From NCBI GenBank assembly GCA_028690055.1, contig JAQVBZ010000004.1, positions 1,855 through 65,854 of the forward strand: a stretch of 64,000 nt of DNA. The letters are read 5' to 3'. The notes beneath the pieces were generated by a model that was not told where the DNA came from, did not search any database, and was given only the letters and a program-made list of their open reading frames with translations. A program made the translations under genes and the position numbers. The stretch is from Minisyncoccota bacterium (lineage in GTDB: Bacteria > Patescibacteriota > Minisyncoccia > JAHIHE01 > JAGLIN01). Below, one piece after another: positions 29,562 through 39,583 of this stretch (its first letter is position 1; every line of letters starts with the position of its first letter).

Positions 29562-29933
29562 TTATTCTTTTTTATATACCAGATTTATTATCTGGTAATT
29601 ATCTGGTATTTCTTCGAGATTTAAGGTTACTTTTTCACCTTCTTCCCCTCCCTCTTCTTCTCCTGCGTCGTTTATGATTTCTATTGCGTCCTGTAGGGTG
29701 GGCAGTAAAGCAGGCAGATATTTATGCTTTAACTTAATCTCCAAAGACCCTGTGGTTAAAAGGTTGTCCTTTTGCTCTGTTGCTTGTAAATGCGCATCGC
29801 TAATCATCTTTACGACTATGTCGTCTATATCATCCCGGCTTAATAGGAGCGCCGAAGGCATGATGTTTCTGAGTCTTTTTGGTAAGTTCGTCATCATAGT
29901 AACCTTTTCATTCATTACAATAAGGAATAGCAT
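29562..29933 (-). CDS. hypothetical acidic protein
   Basis: ORF only; probable start at a later Met (MMTNLPKRL…). Confidence 0.4.
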   Translation of the reverse strand: MLFLIVMNEKVTMMTNLPKRLRNIMPSALLLSRDDIDDIVVKMISDAHLQATEQKDNLLTTGSLEIKLKHKYLPALLPTLQDAIEIINDAGEEEGGEEGEKVTLNLEEIPDNYQIINLVYKKE

Positions 29934-29966
29934 CTAATTAATAAATCGTCAATACTAACAACCCAT

Positions 29967-31214
29967 ATGAAACAATCTAAACTGTTCGGAAAAACCACTT
30001 ATGAGGTGCCCAAGGACGAGGTGAGCAAGAACGCTCAGCTTCTCATCCGGGGCGGCTTTGTTGATAAATTAATGGCGGGCGTGTATTATTACTTGCCGTT
30101 GGGGCGGTGTGTTCTATCCAAGATCGAGAATATTATCCGTGAGGAGATGAACGCTGTCGGTGGGCAAGAAATCTTGATGAGCGCCCTGCAGAAGAAGGAA
30201 GACTGGGTCAAGACCGGGCGCTGGGATGTCGACGTTATGATGAAAATCGAGAGCAATCTCGACAAGGAATTCGGTCTAGGCTGGTCGCACGAAGAAGCCG
30301 TAACGCCGCTGGCGCAAAAATATGTGAAGTCGTATAAAGATTTTCCGTTTTCACTCTATCAGATTCAGACCAAGTTTCGCAGTGAGAAACGCGCCAAGTC
30401 GGGGATACTCCGCGGGCGGGAATTCTTGATGAAAGATATGTATTCTTTTCATACCAGCGTGGAGGACTTGGATAAGTTTTATCTGGAAGCCAAGGAAGCA
30501 TATTTCAAAGTATTCGAACGCGCCGGGCTACGGGACAAGACCTATTACACTTACGCTTCCGGTGGAGATTTCTGCAAATACTCGCATGAATATCAGACCC
30601 TGACCGAGGCGGGTGAAGATCATATTCACATCTGTGATAAATGCGGCATCGCTATCAATGAAGAGGTGATGGGCGACCTGGAGAGAAAATGTCCGGAGTG
30701 CGGTAGCAGCGAGCTACGCGAAGAAAAAGCTATTGAGACCGGGAATATCTTCAAACTGATGAACCGTTACACTGACCCCTTCAATTTCAAATTCCAGGAT
30801 AGCGACGGGCAGGAGAAGAATGTGATGATGGGTTGTTATGGCATCGGACTCAGTCGGCTGATGGGAACGGTAGCGGAAGTGCTCTCCGACGAGAAGGGAA
30901 TCGTCTGGCCCAAAGAGCTCGCGCCGTATCAGGTGCATCTGGTATCTTTGGGAAATGGCGATGAGGTGAAAACCAAAGCGGAGGAGATCTATAAATCTCT
31001 GCAGGAGCAAAAAATAGAGGTATTATTCGACGACCGTGAAGAGTCGGCAGGGGTCAAGCTCAAAGACTCCGACCTGATCGGTATCCCACTGCGTATCGTG
31101 GTGAGCGCCAAGACCTTGGACAAGAATGCGGTGGAAATCAAGAAGCGAAGCGAGGAAAATTTCGAGATTGTCGAAACGGATAAATTGCAGGAATATTTAG
31201 CTGAAAATTTGTAA
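29967..31214 (+). CDS. proS: Prolyl-tRNA synthetase, minimal form (no INS editing domain, no C-terminal extension)
   Basis: Class II motif 2 FRSEKRAKSGILRGREFLMKDMYSFH, motif 3 GCYGIGLSRLMG, anticodon-binding domain; Cys4 insertion CDKCG…CPECG. Confidence 0.82.
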   Translation: MKQSKLFGKTTYEVPKDEVSKNAQLLIRGGFVDKLMAGVYYYLPLGRCVLSKIENIIREEMNAVGGQEILMSALQKKEDWVKTGRWDVDVMMKIESNLDKEFGLGWSHEEAVTPLAQKYVKSYKDFPFSLYQIQTKFRSEKRAKSGILRGREFLMKDMYSFHTSVEDLDKFYLEAKEAYFKVFERAGLRDKTYYTYASGGDFCKYSHEYQTLTEAGEDHIHICDKCGIAINEEVMGDLERKCPECGSSELREEKAIETGNIFKLMNRYTDPFNFKFQDSDGQEKNVMMGCYGIGLSRLMGTVAEVLSDEKGIVWPKELAPYQVHLVSLGNGDEVKTKAEEIYKSLQEQKIEVLFDDREESAGVKLKDSDLIGIPLRIVVSAKTLDKNAVEIKKRSEENFEIVETDKLQEYLAENL

Positions 31215-31433
31215 TCATGCTGGCTTTATTGTCATAAACGCAGGACCGAATCTTTGGATTCGGTCTTTTTGGAATATATGCCACGTACCCAGATCTTTTG
31301 GAGTACACGCCGGAGCGTGGTCTCCGGACCCGGTCTTTAGGGTTTGAAATATCTTCATTTAAACCATCCGTCATGGCGTTTCCTAAGTGTCGTAAAATAG
31401 ATTTAACTCTATTTATCATTCTTCTGCAAGGCT

Positions 31434-31577
31434 GTCATCCCGGAATTTGTGAAATAAATATCCGGGATCCCGTTACCAAGCCAATAATACGTCGTTATAC
31501 AACCGAACCATAATATTCGCTTTGCATAGTCTCGGGATGCCGGATATTTCGCAGTAACGAAATTCCGGAATGACAAA
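31434..31577. mobile_element. MITE-like element, family A
   Basis: tgtcatcccggaattt … aaattccggaatgacaaa (17-bp TIR). Confidence 0.6.
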
Positions 31578-31781
31578 TGTAAAAATGGTTCTTATCTTTT
31601 TGCGCTCCGAAATAACAAAATAATAGTTTTAGCGCAGGTAATGTTATTCACAGAATTGAGATAGGAAAGTTCCGATATTCACATTCTCAAACCCCGCCCG
31701 ATAAGCGGGATTTTTTGCCAGTTTCTCTATTTATGTTATACTTGTATCTGAGAGATTTTTACTTGTAATAATCCTGATTTT

Positions 31782-32834
31782 ATGTTCAATAAACTATTCG
31801 GTTACTTGAGTCATGATGTTGGAATCGACCTCGGAACCGCCAATACTCTTGTTTACGTCAAGGGGAAAGGCATTGTTATCAATGAACCTTCCGTGGTGGC
31901 GGTCAATAAGAAAACCGGTAAGATTTTGGCTATCGGCAAGGAGGCCAAGAAGATGGTGGGAAAGACTCCAGGGCATATCGTTGCTACTCGTCCTTTGGTG
32001 GATGGGGTGGTTTCTGATTTTGAAGTTACCGAGCAGATGCTTAAATATTTCATTGATAAAGTCCATCAGCAGTCTTTCGCGCTTTTCCCGCGGCCGCGTG
32101 TCGTGGTGGGTGTGCCGTCGGGTGTCACGGAAGTGGAAAAGAAAGCGGTTATCGATGCGACAATCAGTGCCGGTGCGCGCGAGGCTTATCTTATCGAAGA
32201 GCCGATGGCGACTGCAATCGGGGTAAGACTGCCGGTACAGGAAGCAGCGGGGAATATGATTGTCGATATCGGAGGCGGGACCACTGAGGTTGCTGTCATT
32301 TCTTTGGGTGGTATCGTTGCCAGTCGGAGCTTGCGTACTGCCGGCGATGAGCTTACCGAGAACATTATCCAGTTCGCCCGTGATGAATTCAATTTACTGC
32401 TCGGAGAAAAGACTGCTGAGGATATCAAGATCACTATCGGTTCGGCTTATCCTTTGGAGGAAAAATTGGAAATGGCTATGCGCGGACGTGATCTCGTAAC
32501 CGGGCTGCCGAAAGAAGTGATGATCAACGATGAGCAGGCGAGACGCGCACTCAGCCGATCTGTGAAAATCCTTGTGGAAAATATCAAAGCTACTATCGAA
32601 GAAACTCCGCCTGAGCTGGTGTCTGATATCATGAGCAAAGGTATCGTACTGGTCGGAGGAGGAGGAATGCTCAAGGGGCTGGATAAATTGGTCAGCGAGC
32701 AGACCAAAATGCCTGTGAAAGTAGCTGATGACCCTCTGACAGCGGTGGCGCGCGGGGCGGGAATCGTTTTGGAACATATCGACGAACTGAGCGAAGTTTT
32801 GGTTTCAATGAAGAACGAGAAGTCTCCTTTTTAA
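31782..32834 (+). CDS. mreB: Rod shape-determining protein MreB (paralogue 2, in mreBCD-mrdA operon)
   Basis: 350 aa; GIDLGTANTLV, DIGGGTTEVAVIS, VLVGGGGML; followed by mreC, mreD, PBP2. Confidence 0.9.
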   Translation: MFNKLFGYLSHDVGIDLGTANTLVYVKGKGIVINEPSVVAVNKKTGKILAIGKEAKKMVGKTPGHIVATRPLVDGVVSDFEVTEQMLKYFIDKVHQQSFALFPRPRVVVGVPSGVTEVEKKAVIDATISAGAREAYLIEEPMATAIGVRLPVQEAAGNMIVDIGGGTTEVAVISLGGIVASRSLRTAGDELTENIIQFARDEFNLLLGEKTAEDIKITIGSAYPLEEKLEMAMRGRDLVTGLPKEVMINDEQARRALSRSVKILVENIKATIEETPPELVSDIMSKGIVLVGGGGMLKGLDKLVSEQTKMPVKVADDPLTAVARGAGIVLEHIDELSEVLVSMKNEKSPF

Positions 32835-33138
32835 TAGTTTATTCGTGCTTTAGAGACGGCGGTATTGCCCCGCCTTCGTAAAAGGTCAAGGAATTTTTTT
32901 ATTCCCCCTCGACTTGCTTCACTACGTCATAGCCTTTGGCGTGCTAAGGAGAAATTCCCTCTCGCCGTCGCTCCGCTATGGTGTGGCGAAGCCCGATGGG
33001 AGAGGAGACGAGGTAAGCCCGTCGTAAATTTTTAATCTCTCACCGGTATGATTCCTCGCTTTTTGGGGCGAAAAATAAAATAAATTTCCACCGGATATCT
33101 CGTCCGCTTGCGGCGGTGTAATTCATTGCCGTATCAGC

Positions 33139-33993
33139 GTGCTGTGCGGTAATCCATTAAATCAAAAATACCGTATGCAAAAAACTGTGATCGGTTCCAA
33201 AAAATTGTTCCTCGTATTTCTGGCCCTGGGGGTGCTGCTGCTTTTGAGTAGCTGGGGAGTCTTGCAGGGACCTAAGAACGCGGTCATTTCCGTGCTCTCT
33301 CCGACTCAGTCCGGCTTCGTATCCTCGTCGAATATTTTTGGAGATTTTTTTTATACGATGCAGAAAATCGGCGAGTTCAAAGATGAGAACAAAAAATTGC
33401 AAGAAGAGAATAATTCGCTCACTTATGAGCTCTCGCAGATGCAAGAAGTGCAGCGGGAGAACGGCGCCTTGAGGGAGGAACTGAAGTTCAAAGAAAATCT
33501 TTGTACCGGCACTGAATGTATAGATTTCAAGATGGGAAAAATCATCGCACAGAGTTCTGACGGTTATGGGCAATCTATCACGATCAATCTGGGATCGGAA
33601 GACGGCGCATGGATGAATCAGGCAGTCACGTCCTCAGGCGGCGTAATGATCGGAAAAATAGTGGAAGTTCTCAGTGATTATTCCAAAGTGGCGCTGATCG
33701 TATCTCCGGAGAGTTCGGTCAATTGTCTGGCGCAGACCACGCGTGCCAACGGGTTGGTTAAAGGCGCATACGGGATGGGGGCCAAATTGGAAATGATAGA
33801 TCAGAGCGAGGAGCTGGTTTCCGGGGACATCGTAATCACCTCCGGGCGGGAAGAGGGGATCCCGAAAGGTTTGCTCTTGGGAAAAATCCAGAATATCGAA
33901 GCATCTCCGAATATGGTCTTCAAGACCGCCGAGCTGGAATTATTTGCCGACTTCGGGCATATCGAAGAAATATTCTTAGTGGAATCGAAATGA
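33139..33993 (+). CDS. mreC: Rod shape-determining protein MreC
   Basis: N-terminal TM, coiled coil (ENKKLQEENNSLTYELSQMQE), C-terminal β-barrel domain; position after mreB. Start may be ATG 33175. Confidence 0.75.
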   Translation: MLCGNPLNQKYRMQKTVIGSKKLFLVFLALGVLLLLSSWGVLQGPKNAVISVLSPTQSGFVSSSNIFGDFFYTMQKIGEFKDENKKLQEENNSLTYELSQMQEVQRENGALREELKFKENLCTGTECIDFKMGKIIAQSSDGYGQSITINLGSEDGAWMNQAVTSSGGVMIGKIVEVLSDYSKVALIVSPESSVNCLAQTTRANGLVKGAYGMGAKLEMIDQSEELVSGDIVITSGREEGIPKGLLLGKIQNIEASPNMVFKTAELELFADFGHIEEIFLVESK

Positions 33994-34484
33994 ACGACCG
34001 GATAAATTATTACATTTTCTTACCTTTGATTTTTTTCGCTTTCTTGTTGGAGACGGCTTTTTTGCCTTCTTTGATATGGGGAGATATCCAGCCGGAGCTG
34101 GTACTGATAGCCCTGATTGCTTCTGTCTTTCTGTCTACGTCATCCGATTTTTTGTACACGGCTTTTCTGCTCGGGATAATTTTTGATTTTTATTTCGGCG
34201 CCAGCTTCGGAGTCTTCACGGTGAGCATGGTCCTGACGTCCGTGTTCGCATCTCTATCAAAGGACAGATTCATGAAAGAGGAGAGTTTCGGCAAGATTAT
34301 CGGGCTGAGTGTTTCAGTAATGCTTTTTTATAATTTGCTTTATCTGTGTCTGCTGGCCTTTGCCTTTGGTGCAGAGGCGTCTTTCGACTCGGCGTTCATC
34401 TGGAAGAAAATATTTTTCGATTCGCTGTATGCTATTATCCTTATTTTTCCCGTGATGCGTCTTATCTCTAACAAAAAACAATGA
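33990..34484 (+). CDS. mreD: Rod shape-determining protein MreD
   Basis: 164 aa polytopic membrane protein overlapping mreC stop and mrdA start. Confidence 0.65.
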   Translation: MNDRINYYIFLPLIFFAFLLETAFLPSLIWGDIQPELVLIALIASVFLSTSSDFLYTAFLLGIIFDFYFGASFGVFTVSMVLTSVFASLSKDRFMKEESFGKIIGLSVSVMLFYNLLYLCLLAFAFGAEASFDSAFIWKKIFFDSLYAIILIFPVMRLISNKKQ

Positions 34485-36403
34485 GAGGATATTCTATAAA
34501 ACAAAAGAGAGAGGAAGTGGATTTTGAGGAGATCCTGCTGGATGAGAAGCACAAGGATAGCGGTAAGATCGACAACTATTTCGACTCCAGAAAGATCAGG
34601 AACTTGGGATTGCTTTTTTGCGTAATCATCATCGGACTTTTCGGGCAGCTTTTTTATTTGCAATTTGTTCAAGGGGACCATTATTCCGCGATTTCCGACA
34701 AGAACTATATCCGTACTACCAAAGTGCGGTCTGCCCGCGGTATCATCTATGACCGCAATATGACGCAGATCGTTTTTAATGTTCCCGTTTTTGATCTGGT
34801 CATTGTGCCTGCCGATTTTTTCAAGGATCGGGACGGTGTCGAGGACAAGAAGAAAGCGCTTGCTGCGGCGATGGGAATTTCCGATGTGGATTTTGCGCAA
34901 AAGATCCAAGGTACGGCTCCGACGTCCTATGAGTCATTCATCGTTTTGGAGAAAATAGAAAAAGAAAAAGCGCTTGTGATCGACGAGAAGATAAAAGGTA
35001 TGGCGGGGGTAAAATTGGAGAATAGTGCCATTCGCAAATATAACGACGGGCAATTCTTTTCTTCGGTCATCGGTTACAGCGGGAGAATCAACAGAGAAGA
35101 GTTGGATGCGAACCAAGATTATCTACCGACTGATATTATCGGTAAAGATGGGCTGGAATATTTTTATGAACAAGATCTGCGTGGCACGTATGGGACTATG
35201 GAAGTCGAAGTGGACTCACTAGGCAGAGTGAACCGTACGATGCAGAAAGCTGACCCGGTGGCGGGGGACAATCTGGTGCTCAATATCGACGCGGAACTAC
35301 AGAAACGCCTGTACAAAGACGTGGAGGAGATGGCCATCAAGAACGAGGGGAGTACGGGAGGATCGGTGGTCGCCATCAATCCGCAAACCGGAGCCGTGCT
35401 GGCGCTGGTCACTTATCCTTCTTATGATAACAATGCTTTTGAGGGCGGCATCAGCAAGGACGAATATAATAGGCTTATAAACGATGAGAATAAACCTCTT
35501 TTTAATCGTCCCATAGCCGCCGAGTATCCGCCGGGTTCGACTTTCAAGCCGATGATGGCCGCGGCGGCGCTGCAGGAAAATATCATTTCACCGACCCGGC
35601 AGATTTATGCTGGCGGCTCCATCAGTGTCGGTGCTTGGGTTTTTAATGACTGGAAAGTCCATGGTCAAGTAGATATGATAAAAGCTATTGCTCAGTCTTG
35701 CAATGTATATTTCTATACTGTCGGTGGAGGCTACGGTGATATCGAAGGGTTGGGCAATGAGCGTATCAAGAAATATGCCAATCTCTTCGGTATGGGGCAA
35801 TTGACCGGTATTGATCTTTCGGGAGAAAAGGCCGGACTTATTCCCGACGAGGCCTGGAAGAGGGAAGTGAAAGATGAGCCGTGGTATATAGGTGATACTT
35901 ATCATATGTCGATCGGACAGGGGGATGTTTTGACTACGCCGCTACAGATTGCGAATTACACCGCGGCCGTTGCCAACGGTGGTACTCTCTATAGGCCGCA
36001 GGTAGTGGACAAAATTGTGGATTCTGATGGAAATGTGGTGCGCGATATCGACAAGGAAATCTTGGCGGAGAATTTTATAGATCCGAAAAATATGGAATGG
36101 GTACAGAAGGGGATGTTGGAAAACGTACTTACCGGTTCGGGGCGCGCCCTTTCGATGCTTCCCGTACAGGCGGCTGGCAAGACCGGAACGGCGCAATATG
36201 CCGTAGGCAATAGCAAGATGCACGCTTGGTATACGGTCTACGCGCCTTATGATAATCCTGAAATAGTGATGGCGATCATGCTCGAAGGTGGAGGCCAAGG
36301 CCACGACGCTTCCGTACCGATCGCGAAAGATATCTTGCAGTGGTATTTCGGGGAAAGGATCACGGGGGTGAGTCCAGAGGCGCCAGCTGCGAAAACGCCA
36401 TAG
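34481..36403 (+). CDS. mrdA: Penicillin-binding protein 2 (elongasome transpeptidase)
   Basis: 640 aa; N-terminal TM, dimerisation domain, transpeptidase SxxK (STFKP), SxN (SCN), KTGT motifs. Confidence 0.88.
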   Translation: MRGYSIKQKREEVDFEEILLDEKHKDSGKIDNYFDSRKIRNLGLLFCVIIIGLFGQLFYLQFVQGDHYSAISDKNYIRTTKVRSARGIIYDRNMTQIVFNVPVFDLVIVPADFFKDRDGVEDKKKALAAAMGISDVDFAQKIQGTAPTSYESFIVLEKIEKEKALVIDEKIKGMAGVKLENSAIRKYNDGQFFSSVIGYSGRINREELDANQDYLPTDIIGKDGLEYFYEQDLRGTYGTMEVEVDSLGRVNRTMQKADPVAGDNLVLNIDAELQKRLYKDVEEMAIKNEGSTGGSVVAINPQTGAVLALVTYPSYDNNAFEGGISKDEYNRLINDENKPLFNRPIAAEYPPGSTFKPMMAAAALQENIISPTRQIYAGGSISVGAWVFNDWKVHGQVDMIKAIAQSCNVYFYTVGGGYGDIEGLGNERIKKYANLFGMGQLTGIDLSGEKAGLIPDEAWKREVKDEPWYIGDTYHMSIGQGDVLTTPLQIANYTAAVANGGTLYRPQVVDKIVDSDGNVVRDIDKEILAENFIDPKNMEWVQKGMLENVLTGSGRALSMLPVQAAGKTGTAQYAVGNSKMHAWYTVYAPYDNPEIVMAIMLEGGGQGHDASVPIAKDILQWYFGERITGVSPEAPAAKTP

Positions 36404-36410
36404 GATTATC

Positions 36411-36544
36411 TGTCATTCCAAAATGAGCGAAGCGATTGAGGAATCTGGGAAAGATGCGATGCAACTGGAATATTTATTTTAAAGATAATAATATTGCAGT
36501 ATCGTGCATTTCCCAGATTTCTCACATTCGTTCGAAATGACAAC
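36411..36544. mobile_element. MITE-like element, family A
   Basis: tgtcattccaaaatg…gaatctgggaaa … tttcccagattt…cgaaatgacaac. Confidence 0.55.
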
Positions 36545-37256
36545 TAAAAATAATTCTATGACTACAGAACAGTTTGAAATTTTGATTACTTTTTTCGGTG
36601 CTTTTTTCGGTGCTTTTTTTGCATTTATTTTCATGCTAAAAATTGAGCAGGGGCATCGAAATGAAGAGATCAAAAATGCACTTTTCGAAATTAGCGTCAG
36701 GAGTAGTGTTGATAATGAAATAGCTATTGATAAAAATATCTCGATCATAGGTTCTTTGCAAAAAGGAATTTCTGAAAACTCTTCTTTTTATTATCCCTTT
36801 GGTGGATTTTGTTTATTTCAAAAAAACAGTTCTGCGGTTTTAAATAAGCTGGGAGGTATTGACCTAATGTTTAAAATTATTGATTTTGATTATAAAACTC
36901 AAAAGATTAATCAGGAGATGAATGATATAGGCAAGCCTTTTTTGGGTAAAAATTTGATTAAAGAAAAAGATTCAAATAGTTTTTTTAACGGTGAAACTTA
37001 TTTTGATTCAGATAGCTACGCAAATGATTTATTAGAAAAAAAACATGCGTTGGAAATGCTAGAGGAAGATAATATTAAGATTCTAGTAAGGACTAATACT
37101 TTGTTAAAAAAGAAAAATAAAGGGGTGTTTTTCAGATTGTTTCAAAATGATAAGGTTACTGATAACGATATAGAAAATGAACAGATAGAAATAGAGCAAT
37201 TTAAAGAAGTTTATAAAAAGAGAAGAGAACCAAAAATAAATACTACAAATCTATGA
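36504..37256 (+). CDS. hypothetical membrane protein, AT-rich and low complexity
   Basis: N-terminal TM (ILITFFGAFFGAFFAFIFML); K/N/D-rich remainder. Confidence 0.4.
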   Translation: MHFPDFSHSFEMTTKNNSMTTEQFEILITFFGAFFGAFFAFIFMLKIEQGHRNEEIKNALFEISVRSSVDNEIAIDKNISIIGSLQKGISENSSFYYPFGGFCLFQKNSSAVLNKLGGIDLMFKIIDFDYKTQKINQEMNDIGKPFLGKNLIKEKDSNSFFNGETYFDSDSYANDLLEKKHALEMLEEDNIKILVRTNTLLKKKNKGVFFRLFQNDKVTDNDIENEQIEIEQFKEVYKKRREPKINTTNL

Positions 37257-37636
37257 CCCACGAAGAAATTTGCGAAAGAATATTTGAGCACGCTTGTCGT
37301 TGTCTCAAGATGAAGGGCTTTACATTCAAGCCCAAGGTTGTCCGTGCGGGGGACGGGTATGTCAAAGTATATAAGCTGGGATATACTGATCTCGCTTCCA
37401 AATTGGTGGTGATTGATATCTATACGCAGAAGCTCAAGAAGCCGAAAAAATATAGTGGCATCCTCGCGGTGATGGCTCATGAATTAGCTCATCATCAGAA
37501 GAAGCCTTATCGCCAGCTTGACCTGAGGCGGAGGAAATGGATAAACCGCATCCATTATCCGGAATTTTATAAACAATGCAACAAGAATATCGAGAAGTTT
37601 AAGAAAGATAAGGTTTTGAAACAGTTCTATGAATAA
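37253..37636 (+). CDS. small HExxH putative zinc metallopeptidase
   Basis: …ILAVMAHELAHHQKKPY…; 4-nt overlap with upstream ORF. Confidence 0.5.
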   Translation: MTHEEICERIFEHACRCLKMKGFTFKPKVVRAGDGYVKVYKLGYTDLASKLVVIDIYTQKLKKPKKYSGILAVMAHELAHHQKKPYRQLDLRRRKWINRIHYPEFYKQCNKNIEKFKKDKVLKQFYE

Positions 37637-37647
37637 AATATATCGTG

Positions 37648-37752
37648 GAGTAGCTGGTTTTAACCCGCGCCGTTGTCCTATGCTGTTTGAACCTCCGCAG
37701 TCGCACGTTCTGTTTGCATAGGATAGCAGCGCAGGTTAAAACCTGCTACTCC
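37648..37752. mobile_element. MITE-like element, family B
   Basis: ggagtagctggttttaacccgcgccgttgtcc … ggatagcagcgcaggttaaaacctgctactcc. Confidence 0.6.
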
Positions 37753-37774
37753 GCACGTATAATCTTTTAAATCT

Positions 37775-38878
37775 ATGAATAAAAATAATCCTAAAAAAGT
37801 CTTCGTCGGTATCAGTGGCGGGGTTGATTCTGCCGCTTCGGCGACACTGCTTCAGCAGCAGGGTTTTGAGGTGACAGGAATATATATGCGGATTTGGAAA
37901 GAAAAAGGTTCGCCGCTGGAAGCGAAAGGGGAAGAGGAAAATGCCAGGCGTGTTGCCAAAGAATTGGAGATAGGATTCGTAACCGTTGACTTACGCAAAG
38001 AATTCAAGAAAGAAATTGTGGATTATTTTCTTTCGCAGTACGAGAGCGGTCGCACTCCCAATCCTTGTGTGCGGTGCAATCGTGAAATCAAGTTCGGGCT
38101 TCTCTTCAAGAAATCGATGGAAATGGGTGCGGACTTTTTCGCGACTGGACATTACGTCCGGATCAGGCAAAACATTTCGCAAGGGAAAAATGGGAGGAAA
38201 ATTAAAAAATATAAACTTTCCAAAGCGAAAGACATACAAAAAGACCAGTCATATTTTCTCTATAATCTGAATCAAAAAATATTGAGCAAGACCATTTTCC
38301 CCTTGGGAAGCCTTACCAAACCGGAGGTCAGAGAAATCGCTAAAGAGAATAGCCTATTCGTGCACGACAAGTCCGATAGTCAGGAAGTATGTTTTATCAC
38401 CGACAAATATTACGGCGAATTTTTGAAGAGGATGAAAGTGAAGATGAAAGCGGGGGATATCGTAGACGAAGAGGGTAATGTTTTGGGCGAACATCGCGGG
38501 CTGCCGCTTTACACGATCGGGCAGAGGCGAGACATCCGTATCGGCGGCACCGGACCGTATTTCGTGGTCGGACTCGATTACAGAAATAACCATCTGGTCG
38601 TGAGTCGCGACGGCAACAGTAAAAAATTATTTGTTAAAAAGTTCACTCTCCGTGATGTGAATTGGGTAGGCAAGCAGCCAGAGACTTATCCTCTTAAAGT
38701 AAAAATCAAAACCCGTTATCGTATGGAAGCGGTCGACTCGCAAGTCTCTAAAGAAAAAAATAAGATCATCGTCACGTTATCAAAAAAAAGCCGTGCTGTT
38801 ATGCCTGGCCAGTCGGCAGTATTCTATTTGCGCAGTGATGTTCTGGGTGGCGGGGTTATCGATAGGATTTTGGAATGA
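37775..38878 (+). CDS. mnmA: tRNA-specific 2-thiouridylase
   Basis: PP-loop SGGVDS, catalytic NPCVRCN, 367 aa. Confidence 0.9.
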   Translation: MNKNNPKKVFVGISGGVDSAASATLLQQQGFEVTGIYMRIWKEKGSPLEAKGEEENARRVAKELEIGFVTVDLRKEFKKEIVDYFLSQYESGRTPNPCVRCNREIKFGLLFKKSMEMGADFFATGHYVRIRQNISQGKNGRKIKKYKLSKAKDIQKDQSYFLYNLNQKILSKTIFPLGSLTKPEVREIAKENSLFVHDKSDSQEVCFITDKYYGEFLKRMKVKMKAGDIVDEEGNVLGEHRGLPLYTIGQRRDIRIGGTGPYFVVGLDYRNNHLVVSRDGNSKKLFVKKFTLRDVNWVGKQPETYPLKVKIKTRYRMEAVDSQVSKEKNKIIVTLSKKSRAVMPGQSAVFYLRSDVLGGGVIDRILE

Positions 38879-38879
38879 T

Positions 38880-39012
38880 ACTAGATCGACTAAATCCGTT
38901 CCACAATCCAGCCATATAGTATTCGGAATTTCTCCCTCTCCCATCGGGAGAGGGTCGGGGTGAGGGGGAATAAAAGTACAATCATTATGTCACAGATTAA
39001 TTTAATTTTGTA
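38880..39012. mobile_element. MITE-like element, family C (inverted orientation)
   Basis: Reverse complement aligns with 12405-12534 and 17651-17784 including the CCCTCTCCCGATGGGAGAGGG hairpin. Confidence 0.6.
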
Positions 39013-39043
39013 TAAGTTTATCTCTAATTTTTAACTAAAAAAA

Positions 39044-39391
39044 ATGGAAAACTCACAGAAAACAACGAAAATTTTAGTCGGAATAGTTATTCTTATTGTC
39101 CTTGTATTTATGGGAATAAAAATGTCGGACTTTCAAAAAAATGCGGAAGAGAAAACGTCGGCACCGGCATCCGAAGAAAACAATGCTTTGTTGGAAGAGA
39201 ACGAAGAGGCGACTTCATCCGAGAATAACGACATTCAGTCGAGTGAGCCTGAAATCAATGAATCTACACCTGAGGAAAGAGCGAACCGGACCGTTTCGCC
39301 GTCAGATGCCGCCTCTTATTCTGAAAACGATTTGCCGGTAGATCCTAATTCTACGATGGATCCGGGAACAGATGCAATTGTTAATGACTAG
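39044..39391 (+). CDS. small membrane-anchored acidic protein (115 aa)
   Basis: N-terminal TM (ILVGIVILIVLVFMGI), E/S/N-rich tail. Confidence 0.45.
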   Translation: MENSQKTTKILVGIVILIVLVFMGIKMSDFQKNAEEKTSAPASEENNALLEENEEATSSENNDIQSSEPEINESTPEERANRTVSPSDAASYSENDLPVDPNSTMDPGTDAIVND

Positions 39392-39439
39392 GGTAGGTTT
39401 ATCGCATTGGTTCTGAGATAATATACATGGACCTTTTGA

Positions 39440-39583
39440 TTGTCATCCCGAAAGATGTACCCATCTGAGGGATCTGGGAAATATATCTGTTTGGGAGATA
39501 TTGATTTTATAAATATAAATTTAAAACCGCATCGTATTTTTCCCAGATTCCTCAATCGGAGTACCTCATTTCGGAATGACAAA
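39440..39583. mobile_element. MITE-like element, family A
   Basis: ttgtcatcccgaaag…gagggatctgggaaatata … tttcccagattcc…tttcggaatgacaaa. Confidence 0.6.
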
